Assembly (NCBI GenBank): GCA_905178155.1
Contig: CAJINV010000007.1
Location: forward strand, 606,358-670,357
Source: Amoebophrya sp. A120
Taxonomy: Eukaryota; Protista; Dinoflagellata
Length of the DNA stretch: 64,000 nucleotides
Reading direction: 5' to 3'
Part shown: one piece after another, positions 35,301 through 45,730 of the stretch
How the letters are laid out: the number at the start of each line of letters is the position of its first letter
Position numbering within the stretch: the stretch's first letter is position 1
The notes under the pieces: generated by a model
Database searches by the model: none
The model's input: the letters and a program-made list of their open reading frames with translations, nothing else
Told to the model about the DNA's origin: nothing
Translations under genes and position numbers: made by a program

Positions 35301-35530
35301 TAACTGGAAGGAAACCTACCGGAAGATGTGAAGCAAAATTGAAGTTGGAGTTCGAACCACCACTGAGTTTTTTTGAATATCAGGCTCGTCAGTGGCGTGA
35401 GCCCGAGGCAGAATTTTTTTTACAGCTTGCATTTGAGTATAAGCTAAGTTTAAGTACTTCATCTACTTTTAGTGCATGTAGTGAGGTACCACCGTGTGAT
35501 CCTTGCAAAAATGATCAGACAGAAAGCTAA
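23328..35530 (+). CDS. Alveolate-type ion-channel-fused class III adenylyl cyclase (AC-alpha-like) with TPR-like C-terminal segment; last exon (35350-35530) tentative
   Basis: The spliced reconstruction gives TM helices (FFWLDLIA), an S4-like VRTARAVRLVRLIRLVRVVKL, and cyclase motifs KIGGLLQVGFGEAGAQII, FGFVDIRQFTDTTECL, ANKNIGDAFLVLWK and GLHVGWAIEGPIGSDYKIDASYLSPHVN, then ALSYYLAGDWRLAREY. It is interrupted by 19 clear introners, one GT-AG intron and one tentative large intron. Confidence 0.88.
23502..23776. mobile_element. Introner family A
   Basis: Family A TIRs; TSD cgttc/ccttc. Confidence 0.92.
24136..24399. mobile_element. Introner family A
   Basis: Family A TIRs; TSD cgatc. Confidence 0.93.
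24514..24821. mobile_element. Introner family F
   Basis: TIR tttgggagtgtcaggattgaaatcg / cggtttcaatcctgacacatccata; TSD cgagt/cgaat. Confidence 0.9.
25196..25451. mobile_element. Introner family E
   Basis: TIR tatgacctactcaaacgttacaatctcaaacgttgcaatag / ctattgtaacgtttgagattgtaacggttgagcaggtcata; TSD gcggc. Confidence 0.94.
25495..25764. mobile_element. Introner family A
   Basis: Family A TIRs; TSD accgc/accgg. Confidence 0.91.
25821..26066. mobile_element. Introner family A
   Basis: Family A TIRs; TSD tgtgg. Confidence 0.93.
26124..26381. mobile_element. Introner family A (interior is the reverse complement of the 24136 copy)
   Basis: Family A TIRs; TSD gtcgg. Confidence 0.93.
26838..26983. 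mobile_element. Introner family B
   Basis: Family B TIRs; TSD aaaaa/aaaga. Confidence 0.9.
27071..27253 (+). other. Canonical GT-AG spliceosomal intron
   Basis: cag|gtacag...tttacttag|gtt; removal gives the conserved GGLLQ|VGFGEAG. Confidence 0.9.
27435..27696. mobile_element. Introner family A
   Basis: Family A TIRs; TSD ctcca. Confidence 0.94.
27762..28078. mobile_element. Introner family G (TAC...GTA termini)
   Basis: TIR tac..gaaaagatctcccctcccata / tatcgggagggggatttttcc..gta; TSD catcg; splits the NKNIG|D catalytic motif. Confidence 0.9.
28228..29158. mobile_element. Introner family B expanded by a ~730-bp internal insert
   Basis: Left taaccactgcaaaagtatcgtactcg, right gtgcgacacttttgcaaaaatgcata; TSD tttgg/tttgt; removal gives ADRSL|FAFLKII. 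Confidence 0.8.
28391..28500. repeat. 13-bp minisatellite (gacaggtgaccty, about 8 copies)
   Basis: Read directly; lies inside the expanded introner. Confidence 0.9.
29261..29520. mobile_element. Introner family E
   Basis: Family E TIRs; TSD aactg. Confidence 0.94.
29582..29871. mobile_element. Introner family H
   Basis: Imperfect TIR tatcctgtgtaaaaacgcccttacccca / tgggtggggaagtttctcctcagggta; TSD tccaa; restores AIEGP|IGSDYK. Confidence 0.88.
30063..30218. mobile_element. Introner family B
   Basis: Family B TIRs; TSD ggaca. Confidence 0.92.
30400..30610. mobile_element. Introner family D (opposite orientation to the 13633 copy)
   Basis: Family D TIRs; TSD ccgca/ccgcg. Confidence 0.92.
30668..30932. 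mobile_element. Introner family A
   Basis: Family A TIRs; TSD cgctg. Confidence 0.94.
31105..31394. mobile_element. Introner family A, degenerate TIRs
   Basis: Family A interior, eroded TIRs, TAT..ATA intact; TSD atgtc. Confidence 0.88.
31458..31679. mobile_element. Introner family C
   Basis: Family C TIRs; TSD caaag. Confidence 0.92.
31781..31965. mobile_element. Introner family D, diverged
   Basis: Family D TIRs (ends aca); TSD gagaa/gcgca; restores KQR|KALSYY. Confidence 0.85.
32625..35253. repeat. Dispersed direct repeat (attatgcgagacgtcgcttgattcgtgttgaacttgaaagc), 3 copies at 32625-32676, 34023-34063 and 35202-35253
   Basis: Near-identical copies read directly. Confidence 0.9.
34188..34717. 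mobile_element. MITE/foldback-like element with palindromic ~40-bp TIRs and internal ~98-bp tandem repeat
   Basis: Ends are built from cctgagtaaa/tttactcagg units. The ~98-bp units start ccatggagaa/ccatggaaaa at 34421, 34519 and 34616. No clear TSD. Confidence 0.6.
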
Positions 35531-37332
35531 AAAGCGTACGTGAAGAAAATCCAGAAGAAACGAGAAGCGAAAACCGTTTGAGAAAATTTCAGTTTATTTT
35601 GACGAGGTGGTCGGTGAAACGACAACGAGTTGTATAGTCAAGGAATAACAGAAGAGGGCCCAAAAGAGCCCTTAATTTCTTGCAAAGAGACGAGAGGGGA
35701 GAAAATGATTACGACCTCCTCATGCACAGTTGAGTTACTGCATTTGCTTTTGATCAAGACGTCATGCCCATGTAGACGGGAAAAACAATGCACGTGAAGA
35801 GAGCGTGGCTTTGCTTATTTTCGTGCCCAAAACCGTGTTCCTACGTCCCGTTGGAACGATTCGATTCTTCTGGAAAGAAACTTTCGGTGTCAACAAGTTT
35901 TTTCAAACGTTGTACGTAGCTCCATTCGGCTCGTTCTTAGTCAGCTTGTGACAACTTCGTGACAGATAAACAACACAACAAAGCAGGAGCACGAAAAAGC
36001 TCGTCGCGGTCGGCCTGTTATGGAGATTTGGATTTAGTATTTTCATCATTTTGTGATTGTGATTTCGGTTCATGGGCAGCCCATGCAGCCACGAAGATGC
36101 TGGTGGTGGTCCCAAAAATCACAATCGGTGCTCGTCGTACTATACCTGGTCTATGAAGACCCCTTCGGATTTTTCAGTCTCGTACCCACACAATAAAGAC
36201 TGTGCAACATCTTCACAAGTTCTCGGTGCAGAGATCGATGTTCTGATTCATCTTCGGTGTGGCCGTCGTGGTACTTTACTGCGTGGTGCTTTTCAAAAAG
36301 AAATCTCTCGGTATGGATGGTGCAGTTTTCAAGCAGTTTCTTGGCTTGATCTTCTCGGTATTCGTGTCGTGCAGCAATTGAGGATAGAAATAGATACACT
36401 TACATGGCAGTGGCACGGTGGTTTTTTTCGTTGCAACTGCTAGTGCCGGATGAGGATCTCACTTGTGTTACAAAGCACTTTGTCCTCAAGAGCTATCAAT
36501 CTACTTATAGTTTTCGTGATTTGCAAGTGCAACAGGTAACGTTGTGCTCTTGTAACCTCAACTAGCACAATAAACAAGACGTCGCGTATTTTTCTTTGAA
36601 GATGACCCCACATCACCGATGTACTTCAGTATCTTGTTTCTGCAGCAAGGACCTGAGGATTTTTTTGCCCCAGTTGTACCCACTTTTGCAATATGAGAAT
36701 GAAGTCGAAAATTTGTTTCCAGCACAAGTAAAAAAGACTTTTTCTGCTTAACCACAATTTTGATCTGAAGATGAGAAAATCGTTGGCCTCCCAAAAGATG
36801 CAGTCTTTCCACCCCCGGATGCTGCTCTCTTCTGCCGTTTTCCTGTTGGCGCATGATCCACCTCTCGCAGAGCTTATCCAAGTGTAAAGTTTTTGTCTGT
36901 GACGGCAGATTCATTCGCGTTTGCATGGTGTGACTACACTACTAGGGACCACTGGTGGTGCTTTTGGTTGATAGAACTTGTACAGACGCGCGTAGTATTT
37001 ACCGATGATGCGGAATCTACTTCATCCCTGGAGGTTGCAGTATACTAGTAGACGACCAGCGACAAGCATCGAAAAATCTGCAGTATAGTTTTTCCTTGCA
37101 TAGACTTTGGGTTGTTTCCGGGAACAAGTTGTGTACGGTTCGTGGCGGGAGTGGAGCAGGGGGAGCGAAAATTTTGGAACCCCTTTGCAGGCTTGTTCGG
37201 GGGTGGCGAGAAGAAAGTACTCGCTACATAATCTAACTAGACTTGTTCACTTTAGTTTCACTTTCCATCTTTGCAACTGATCTGCTTCACAAGTTGTATC
37301 TTGTTTTTCATCATTTGTCATTCACATAAACA

Positions 37333-40300
37333 GGACCCGGCCGAGCACGACGATGACGGCGACGATAACGAACGTATCAAAAAAAAAAAAGAATGAGGGC
37401 ACATCAACGTGCGATGGTGTCAGAAATCCAGCTGAGCGAATACGTGATGCGCCAGCTGTGTTGTGCTTGAGGTTGGACAAAGTGTAATTTTGTATTATAG
37501 TCTTGCGCTTTTCCACCTTTTGGATTTGGAGCTAACGCAGAGGGTGAGCGTCTACATCTACGGTGAAAAAATGGTATGAGTTAGAGATTTCCATCCACGT
37601 CGTTGAGATTTTTCCGTTTCATATGAGTGGAGCAGGAAGACACGGAGAAGGCGGCGCCGAGCGTCTGGGAGAGTTTTAAAGGCTTGCTTGGCTTGAGCGG
37701 CGGAACAGATGATGTATTAAAGCGAGCACTTGTGTTACCGCATGTAGAGTTTTCTTGCTTCTGGGCCACTTGTCGTGCTTACACCGCATCCATATTGAGA
37801 AAATATTGCCGGTGTCGTTTCATGACTCGATCGCGAGTCCCCTCTACAGTTTTCAGTTTTACCATGGTATAAATATACACGAATGCAGGGGACGAAGAGT
37901 AGTTTGTTAGCCGGTAGTGATTTGTTCGTTCTGCGCATTTGCAGCTTCCGCGTTTACTTCCTCAGTAGGTGTAGAGCTTTTCCCATTAGGTTTTTTCATA
38001 CGGAAGCACGATCTTTCCGCGGCCTGTGCTACAGCACACTGTCCCTGAAAAAGGCGACGCTGCAGCCTTGGAAGAATGGATGGCGAAACGACATGAATAA
38101 ACAACAAGTTGATCATGTTGATTATAGATGGAGTCGTCGAACAGCTACTTATTCTATTCTTGTTTCTGTCCATGTCAAAACAGGCGGCAAAAAAGGAGGA
38201 GGAACGACAACAAGCAAGGCTAGCTGCCCAGGAGGCAGTTAAGCAAAAAGCCGCTCAAGCAAAAGCTGCCGCCGCCGCAAAAGCTGAAGAACAAGCTCAG
38301 GTAGAAACTGCTGACATCGGCATGCATGTTGACTAGAGAACGAAGTGTAGTTTTCCTTGATAGGTACTTTTTCTTCACTCCTTCCACATTCCTGCGTTTC
38401 GCTCTGAGCGTTGCTCTTTTCGATATTGGCACATTGGCGATGGCAGCCCTGCAAAATGATGGCTCTCGTCGAACAAGTTGACATGGAGGGTGATGAAATA
38501 AAACAAAAAGCTGCACCAGCTGTAGTCTTGCATCTGCTACTTCTCCTGCTATTGGGCCTGTTGTATTCTTGTTTCTGGCAATATTAAAACAGGAGGCGCA
38601 AATAAAGGCCAAGGAAGACGAGGAACAACAAGCGGCCGAGAAACGAAGGCTACTTGCTGAAGCTGCCGCAGCAGAGGCCCGAAGAAAGGCCGAACAGCAG
38701 AGGAAAGACCCAGAAACCGCTGCGAAAAATGCCGCGAAAGCAAAAGCAAAAGCGGGAGCGGCGCATTACAACGTGCAAAAGTGGTGTGGTCGTGAGGATT
38801 CGCATTATTCTACGGCGCATATGTCCTCTGTTGCTATTCAGTCGAGTTTTGGGTTGACTATAGTACAATGGAAAAGTTCTTGTTGTACTGCACACTAGGC
38901 GAGATACTTTGTCCATGAAGCTAAAATAGATTCGTCTTCGAATTATAATGCACCCTGTTCTTGTTCGCCGTTGTGGACTACAAGGCTCGGCGCGTGAGCA
39001 ATCCCTTCGATCGTGCGTTGCGGTGCTGTGAAAGCAATTAGATTTTATAGAAGTAGCACTGTTCTTGTGCTCCACCTCGTCCTTCTTCCTGGAGGAACTT
39101 TCTATATTTTCTTCAACAACTCTAGCAAATTTTGATTTCGTGTTGATTGTCCTGAAGCGCTTCGACGGACAGGAGAAGTCTTGCACAGTATTGCCGCGCT
39201 ACGTACCTCGGCTACCTCGCACTTGCTAAACTGTTGCTATGCCCTACACGACCACGACACTTTTGCACTGGATCATGACGGCGCGGTGGAGTCAGCACAA
39301 AAAGTGGAAGGCGCGCAAGGAAGCCCGCCAATGTCACCATCCAAGCTCCTACCGAAGGAAAAAACTACCCCATCTCGAAAATCGTCATCGTCGTACAGGG
39401 CTTGCAAGAATATACTACGAGCTTGAAGCTCATGTCGGCCGGGAAGGACAGTCCTCTAGAAATACCTACTGACTTCTTGACGATGCCGAACACAACCTGT
39501 GCATAACTGAGCCAGTTGTAGTCTGTCGCTAAGTGGGTCTGCTTTGATCCACGAGAAAAATTAAAGCATAAAATGTCTGGGCGCAACGATCTTCACGAAA
39601 GCGAAGCAGTGGAGCTGTGTTGACAGAAATAACTGGAGAATCAAAATAAGTAAGTCCACGCACGGTGTCTGTATGAATTCGAAGATGAGGTAGAAGTTTT
39701 CTTTTCATACCGTTCGAGAGCCCGCAGCAGTATGCTCTCTCCAGACCTGCACCTGAACGCGCTGATGGAGAACGCTGCCGGAAAACCGAGTGCCATCACC
39801 CCCGTGCCGCCTGCAGGAGGAGGAGGAGGAGGGGCTTTATCTTCTGCCTCGTCGCCGCAGAAGCCAGTTATTTCTTCTTCATCGTCGCCGTCTCCTTCAT
39901 TGCAGTCGAAACCAGTTGCAGCCACTTCAGCAGCTTCATCCCCTCCATATCCCCAGTGAAAAAGCAAACGTACTCACCAGCCTCGAGTAGTGGTCATGCA
40001 GGTCTACTGCGTCATCTAGTCTACATCTGCCGGCGCCTTTGTAGCAACGTCCTTATAATTTCCCCTGAGAAGAGGAGCATAATTGAATTTGTACCTACTC
40101 GTACTAGTCGTCGTATTTTCGTTTTGTCAACAGGATGCTGAGCTACTCGCGGAGGGCTTTGTGATGTATCAATCTGGTGTCCTCCTCGTCCTCCTCGCTG
40201 ATCAGCAGCACTCATACTACAGACCAAAAGAACTTGTTATGCGTAGTGAAGAATACCAATAGAAACTCGCTTCTTTTGATGTAGCAGAAGTCCCACTGGT

Positions 40301-41250
40301 TTCACTGAGGGGCGGGTACGTTTTTACTGAGGATACTCAGGAGTTGTCGAGAGTCAACAGCGCTCCAGGACCAAAGCCGAGGAGCACGCCACCCGCATCT
40401 CCGAAGAAGGAATCAACACCCGCAGCTTCTGCACCTGGTATCCAGAAAGAGAAATGTGGTTTCGTGTAACAGCTTCGATCGTGGACTGACACTATGACAT
40501 GACTAATTCATTTCTCTGCATCCAGTATAGAGATAAAATTTGTCGTTGTCATGCATAGCTACCACCGGAGATTGATATCTCAGAGGAAGACAGCCGCCGT
40601 TCAAGGCTGGCTGGCATGAGAGACATGACTGGTGTTTATTTGCATTTTCTCTGCATCTTCTTCTCAGATTTATTGCACAACTAAGACAGTTTTTTTTTTC
40701 CTGGATACCGGGCGCATCGCCAACTGGAGGAGTGGCAGCGCAGGCTGAATTGCGGAGGGTTCAATCTGCTATCACTCCGACTCCGTCAAAAAGACCTCCA
40801 CCACCTGCGTCTCCGGCTGCAGCTTCAGTGAAGATGAACTTGGGTGCCGCTTTTGAAGAAGCCGCCGCTGCAGAGAAGAAGGGTTCTCCCTCTGAAGCTA
40901 GCACTCGTACGCCCTCTGAAGCTAGCACCTTTCATGATATCCGAATCGAAAATCGCCCCTCGTCCGCTGAAGTACTTATCAAAAGTAAAAATGTCTGGGT
41001 CTGGAAGAATGCAACTTGTGATGCTGTATTTGGATTCCAAAAAAATCTGTATTGCATGAGTAGCAAACAGAATGCAACTTTTGCTACGCTGAGAAGGCAT
41101 TTGTCATGCGGAATAGGCATCAAGAAGCCCTCAAAAATCTGTATTGCTAGGGTATGCATCACAGACATCATGGCTCATGCAAAACGTGCATGACAAGTGT
41201 CAGAATCTTCCAGACCCAGACATTTTTACAGTTGATATGAAGCTGGCTAA
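37333..41250 (+). CDS. Multi-exon hypothetical Ala/Glu/Lys-rich and Ser/Pro-rich protein; exon structure only partly resolved
   Basis: In-frame joins across GT-AG intron 38301-38592 (QAQ|EAQ), 38767-39276 (AAH|DGA), 40439-40712 (APG|ASP) and 40973-41242 (SAE|AG*). The 5' exons are uncertain. Confidence 0.5.
38301..38592 (+). other. Canonical GT-AG intron
   Basis: cag|gtagaa...taaaacag|gag; frame preserved. Confidence 0.75.
38767..39274. mobile_element. Old, enlarged family B-like introner
   Basis: TIR gtgcaaaagtggtgtggtcgtg / cacgaccacgacacttttgcac; only a 3-bp cat repeat remains; frame restored. Confidence 0.7.
40439..40707. mobile_element. Degenerate introner (family I-like)
   Basis: tatccagaaagagaaa / ttttttttcctggata; TSD cctgg/ccggg; internal tgtcatgc; frame restored. 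Confidence 0.78.
40977..41237. mobile_element. Introner family A
   Basis: Family A TIRs; TSD tgaag is separated from the left TIR by 4 extra nt (tact). Confidence 0.88.
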
Positions 41251-41641
41251 AACAACTCTAAAATAGTTGCAATTGGGAAAAAGCAACAGGCATGCTTGTA
41301 GATGTCAGTAGACCCTCAATTATAAATATCCTGTGCTCGTAAAAAAGGATTGGGTTGTAAAGTTCCTCTTGCATCTGCACGCTACTGTTTTTATTTCACT
41401 CCGCCGTACGAAATTGAAGATGCACGGACCTTGAGTGTGATGAAACTGCGCTCTTGAACTTTGCCTCCTTAGACTGACGCACAGCATCCTAGCTCTTAAG
41501 TACGTCGGACAGACCTGCTGCTCTATACATGCAAGACAAGTAATTCTTATCCTAAGAAGTAAGGCCCTTTCGGGCGGGCAGGTCCGCTTGCAAAAAACGT
41601 GCGGCCGCTCTTTCCACTTCCCACTCGTGTCGTGCTAAAAA

Positions 41642-43500
41642 AACCCATCCCACGGCTGTTGGAAGATCATCCACAACTACGTGGGCCGCCGCGGGGCGCT
41701 TTTCATTCTCATATCTTCGTCCGCGCCCTCGTCCACAGGGCAAAAGGCAGGAACAGTGAGGAGGAAGTTCTCGTTTGCAGACGAGTTACCCCAGAAAGCC
41801 GTCGAGTTACCCCAGAACGGAAACGTATGGATGTGTCAGAGTTGAAATCGACAAAGTTGAAATAATTTGTCATGCATAAAATGGATGCCAGTTGGAACCC
41901 AGTTCCCAAGTGGCGCATGACAAATTTCGGTGGTCCCTAAATCCAGTTTGTCATGCTGTTTAGGCAAAGAAGAGCGATTTTCTCATGCTACTTTAGCAGC
42001 TCGAGCTGTGACCCCAAACAGGCTTACAATCGGCCTCAATTGCCTGCTCTGCAACACACGTACCTCGGGTCATGCATTTCATGCATTACAAATCATTTCA
42101 ACTTTGACGATTTCACACCTGACGCTCCCATAAAACGTAGCTCCGTTGACCGAAAAAAATCTGGCAGCTGCCAAGTTGACCAAGGACGGGCTATTGTGAG
42201 GAAAAATCCCCCCTCCCCATATCGAAAGCGAGATTTGTGTTGCTGTATTTGAGTACACAAATCACGTCTGTCTTGCTGGAGAGGACTGCAGACCCATATC
42301 AAGCCTGAGTAGAGAGGCTTTGACTTAGGCGCTTAGCATGAAAAGCGTCCGTGATGTTGGCTCAACAGCATGACAAACCGCCTGCACAATGCTGCGTAGC
42401 TTGTCGAGTTGCCTTCTTGCAAGACAGACGTGATTTGAGGTCGCAAATCAGCAACACAAATTTCCGGAAGCATAGTACCTTTTCGATATGGGGAGGGGGG
42501 ATTTTTCCTCTTAATACGGGCTGCGCGTTATCCTGTGCAAAAGTATCGCACTCGTATCAATGCCAGACTAGCATCATGACATCAAGTCTGGTTTTTTATG
42601 TAATTTAGCATGACAAATTGAATTATTTCATGCTGAGCTAATTTGTAATGCATCTACACGAGTACGATACTTTTGCAGTTCATACGCGTCGTGCCTATTC
42701 AACCAAATCGTTTTCTTCCTCGCACCAAGACACCAGGAACAGCCCTTGCTCGGCCGGGATCCACCAAGCCACACGGTGGGTCTCCTCCTTCTGGACGTGG
42801 AACAAGCGCAAGCGGTTTGGCTCTCACAAGTCGTGTATGCATTGCAAATATGTCCGGGTGGTCTGGAAGGTTGGAACTTGTGATGCCTTCTTTGGATTCT
42901 AAAAAAATCTGTATTGCGTGACCAGCAAGAGGCGCGTAGTTTGTGCTACGCGGAGAGGGTAGTTCTCATGCGGAATAGGTAACAGGAAGCCCTCTAAAAA
43001 TCTGTGATGCTAGGTCATGCATTACAGGCGTCATGGGTCAGGCGAAGTATGCATGACAAGCCTAGCAATCTTCCAGACCCAGACATATTTGCACTGCATA
43101 TCGACGGCAGCCGCCGACCGGAAGAATTTCATTCGGGATGTTGAGCAAGAGTATGAATAACGGCGGAAAAGGGAACAATAAAGGCGGCAAAGGGATGAAA
43201 GCTGCGGGAAAAGGGAAAGGCGTGGGGTGGAAGGGCAAGGGAAAAGCTGTCAACAAGGGGAAGAACGGCAAGGGAAAAGGTGCCAAGGGAATTGGCAAAA
43301 TGGGAACCGGCAAAATGGGAAACGGCAAGGGAAAGGGAAGCAGCCGCGACGGAAACGGAAAAGGCAAGGGCGAAGGTGGCAAAGGAAAAAGTGGCAAGGG
43401 AAAAGGTGGCAAGGGAAAAGGTGGCAAGGGAAAAGCGGCGTGGAAATCAGCTTCCTTTGCGGAAGTCGACGCGGAAGGGACGATTAGTGGGCCACTTTGA
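41642..43500 (+). CDS. Hypothetical basic protein with C-terminal Gly/Lys (GKGKGG) repeats; 5' end unresolved; 4 introners
   Basis: Spliced frame QNGN|VAPLTEKNLAAAKLTKDG|LR|VVPIQPN...LTSR|xQPPTGRISFGMLSK...GKGKG...GPL*. Confidence 0.7.
41826..42132. mobile_element. Introner family F
   Basis: Family F TIRs; TSD aaacg. Confidence 0.92.
42192..42516. mobile_element. Introner family G
   Basis: TIR tattgtgaggaaaaatcccccctccccatatcgaaa / tttcgatatggggaggggggatttttcctcttaata; TSD cgggc. Confidence 0.94.
42529..42684. mobile_element. Introner family B
   Basis: Family B TIRs; TSD cgcgt. Confidence 0.93.
42836..43100. mobile_element. Introner family A
   Basis: Family A TIRs; TSD tcgtg/tcgac. Confidence 0.9.
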
Positions 43501-43502
43501 TT

Positions 43503-43764
43503 TATCAAATGCAAAAATGTCTGGGTCTGGAAATTTTCTAGACTTGTCATGCAGGTTTTGCATAAGTCTTGATGTCTGTGATGCGTGCCCTAGCATCACA
43601 GATTTTTTGAGGCCTTCTTGATGCCTATTCCGCATTACAAATGCCATCTCCGCGTAGCAAAAATTGCATTCCCTTTGCTGCTCATGCAATGCAGATTTTT
43701 TTGCCATCCAAATGCAGCATCACAAGTTCCAACCTTCCAGACCCAGACATTTTTACATTTGATA
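43503..43764. mobile_element. Introner family A at the stop codon/3' UTR, reverse orientation relative to the 40977 copy
   Basis: Family A TIRs; TSD tgatt includes the TGA stop. Confidence 0.93.
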
Positions 43765-43916
43765 TGATTGAGCTTTTTTCTGGTTGATTGTAACTTTGTT
43801 TTAATTGTCACATGATTTTTACATTTTCACAAAATTCATTCACTTCCGAAACTACACGCACATACTTTCTTACGTCACCGAGATTTTTTACAGCATATGA
43901 AAGCATTGTAACTTTT

Positions 43917-43981
43917 GTCTTCTTACGTTCTCAATTACCACTTTACAAGCGTCTTCTTACGTTCTCAATTACCACTTTACA
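43917..43981. repeat. Tandem duplication of 31 bp (gtcttcttacgttctcaattaccactttaca)
   Basis: Two copies read directly. Confidence 0.85.
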
Positions 43982-45730
43982 TTGTAACTATTGACTTGTT
44001 GTAAAAATTTTCAAGATCCACGCGAGCAGCATGCTCGTAAATCTTATGCACTCTATTTTTTTCGCATTCTTTTTGCAAGCATTTATCACCATTCGCACAT
44101 TGTTATTGTAAACACGGACAAATTTTTTACTTTTTGGACACACGACACGCACTAGTTTTTCAATTTCATCGGCACAACAAGCATTGACTTCTGGAACATG
44201 AAAGAATAGAATTTCGGCATTAACAGTTTTTAGTACTACGAACACGCACTCTTCGAAGTAATTGAATACACCGAGGACCTCAAGTTTGAAAATTTTCACG
44301 ACGAACTGATAAAAGAGATAAATGCAAAGAATAGGTTGCAGGACGGGGAAACACGGTCACGGCAAGGGACTTCTTGTTCGCCGAAAAGCAGCAAAAAGAC
44401 TGGTCCGAGGGCAAAAGATCTTCAGGGACGAAGCAAAATAAATTCGCCTATTTAATCCTGTCTCGTCGCCGACGTTTACGTTCGAGTGACAGAAGAACTT
44501 CGAAGATTTACTTTATCGGTCGCGTGGAATATAAAGTTTTTCGGTATTTATTTTGATTTTCGTCCGGATTTTTTACAATGTTCGGTCCGAGTGGTCCTTT
44601 CCGACTCCGTGGTACTCTGGCTCCGAGTAGTTTTTATCACCATATAGTGAGCAGCTCGCGTCAGCGTCAGGCTGATTTTCAGCAGTTCAGTTTTGTCTTT
44701 TTAAGAAAATCTTCCATTGTAGTTGCAAATCGCTTCGTCCCAGCGCTGGTGTACGTCATCGTTGAAGCAGGTGCAATCGTTTTACTACCGACCTATCGTG
44801 GTTGATATTTCGGTTTTCTTTCCTCGTCCTGTTCCGCACGCGGGTGATCTACTTCCGTAAGGCTCTGTTGTCCTCGTCGTCCGTCGTTCTTCACATCTTC
44901 GTCGAAAACAAAAATCGTTCACATCCTCGTCGTCTTTCGTCGTGCGGCCGTGTTGTCCTGCTTTCTTCAGATTCCACTTTGCCCTAAAATGATGACCAAC
45001 AAGAAGAACAACGAACAGCGACAACAAGTAGAACACGACCCCAAGTTACTCTCGAAAAGAAATTTGTTTCAACATTTACTGCTAAGTAGAGTAAGTACTA
45101 CTAAAAATTATACCACCCCCTGCAAGGCATATTCAGTACAAAATTTTTTCTCACCTTGCATTGCTGCAACAAGTTGTAGACGTCAAAGCAATTTCAGCAC
45201 TTCACAAGTAAGCCGGAAGTAGAGCAGGATAGAAATTTGTACCTCGTCGACTAGATCAACTACTCCTTTTTTTTGTGGTGTTCGGCAATACAACATCAAT
45301 CTACTTCTACTTTATCATCAAAAGCCGTCGTCTGGGTGGTCCTCATCGCCTGCGACCCCTACACACCAGAAGGAGCTCTTCCACAGTTGGACGAACAGTT
45401 CGTGGACAGCAGTCCTCCGCAGCAGCGACTAGTTACACTCCTGCTCCGCCCTTCATCATCAACCGGCGACACGACATCAGGTACAAGTACACTACGGATA
45501 TTTTTTGTAGTCGAGTTTATTTTGACTTTACGTTTTATTTTACATGTGCGCATTCATTCTATCCTAGTCCTACTGCCATTGAAGATTGGCGGGTACAACT
45601 TCCTCTTCTGCAAATGAATATGGTGCACCTGCTCTTGTGATCCGGCCGAGCACGGACTTCTTGATCCTGGCCTCGACAAGTAAAAGGCTTAAATTTTTGT
45701 CATGCATTTTTACAATCTGTTATCTATCAG

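Larger units (their letters stand above)
32469..35349. mobile_element. Tentative large non-canonical intron carrying a 2.6-kb nested insert
   Basis: Starts tat after gttcg, and gttcg recurs at 35350, giving KSFEF|EPPLSFF. TIR is weak. Deleting between the internal 52-bp direct repeats leaves ~304 bp, an introner-like size. Confidence 0.5.

Noticed and set aside
45680-45730. Short GT-AG intron linking an upstream exon to ORF 45731
   Set aside because: Splicing at these sites gives no open upstream frame in phase with ORF 45731, so the 5' structure is left unresolved.
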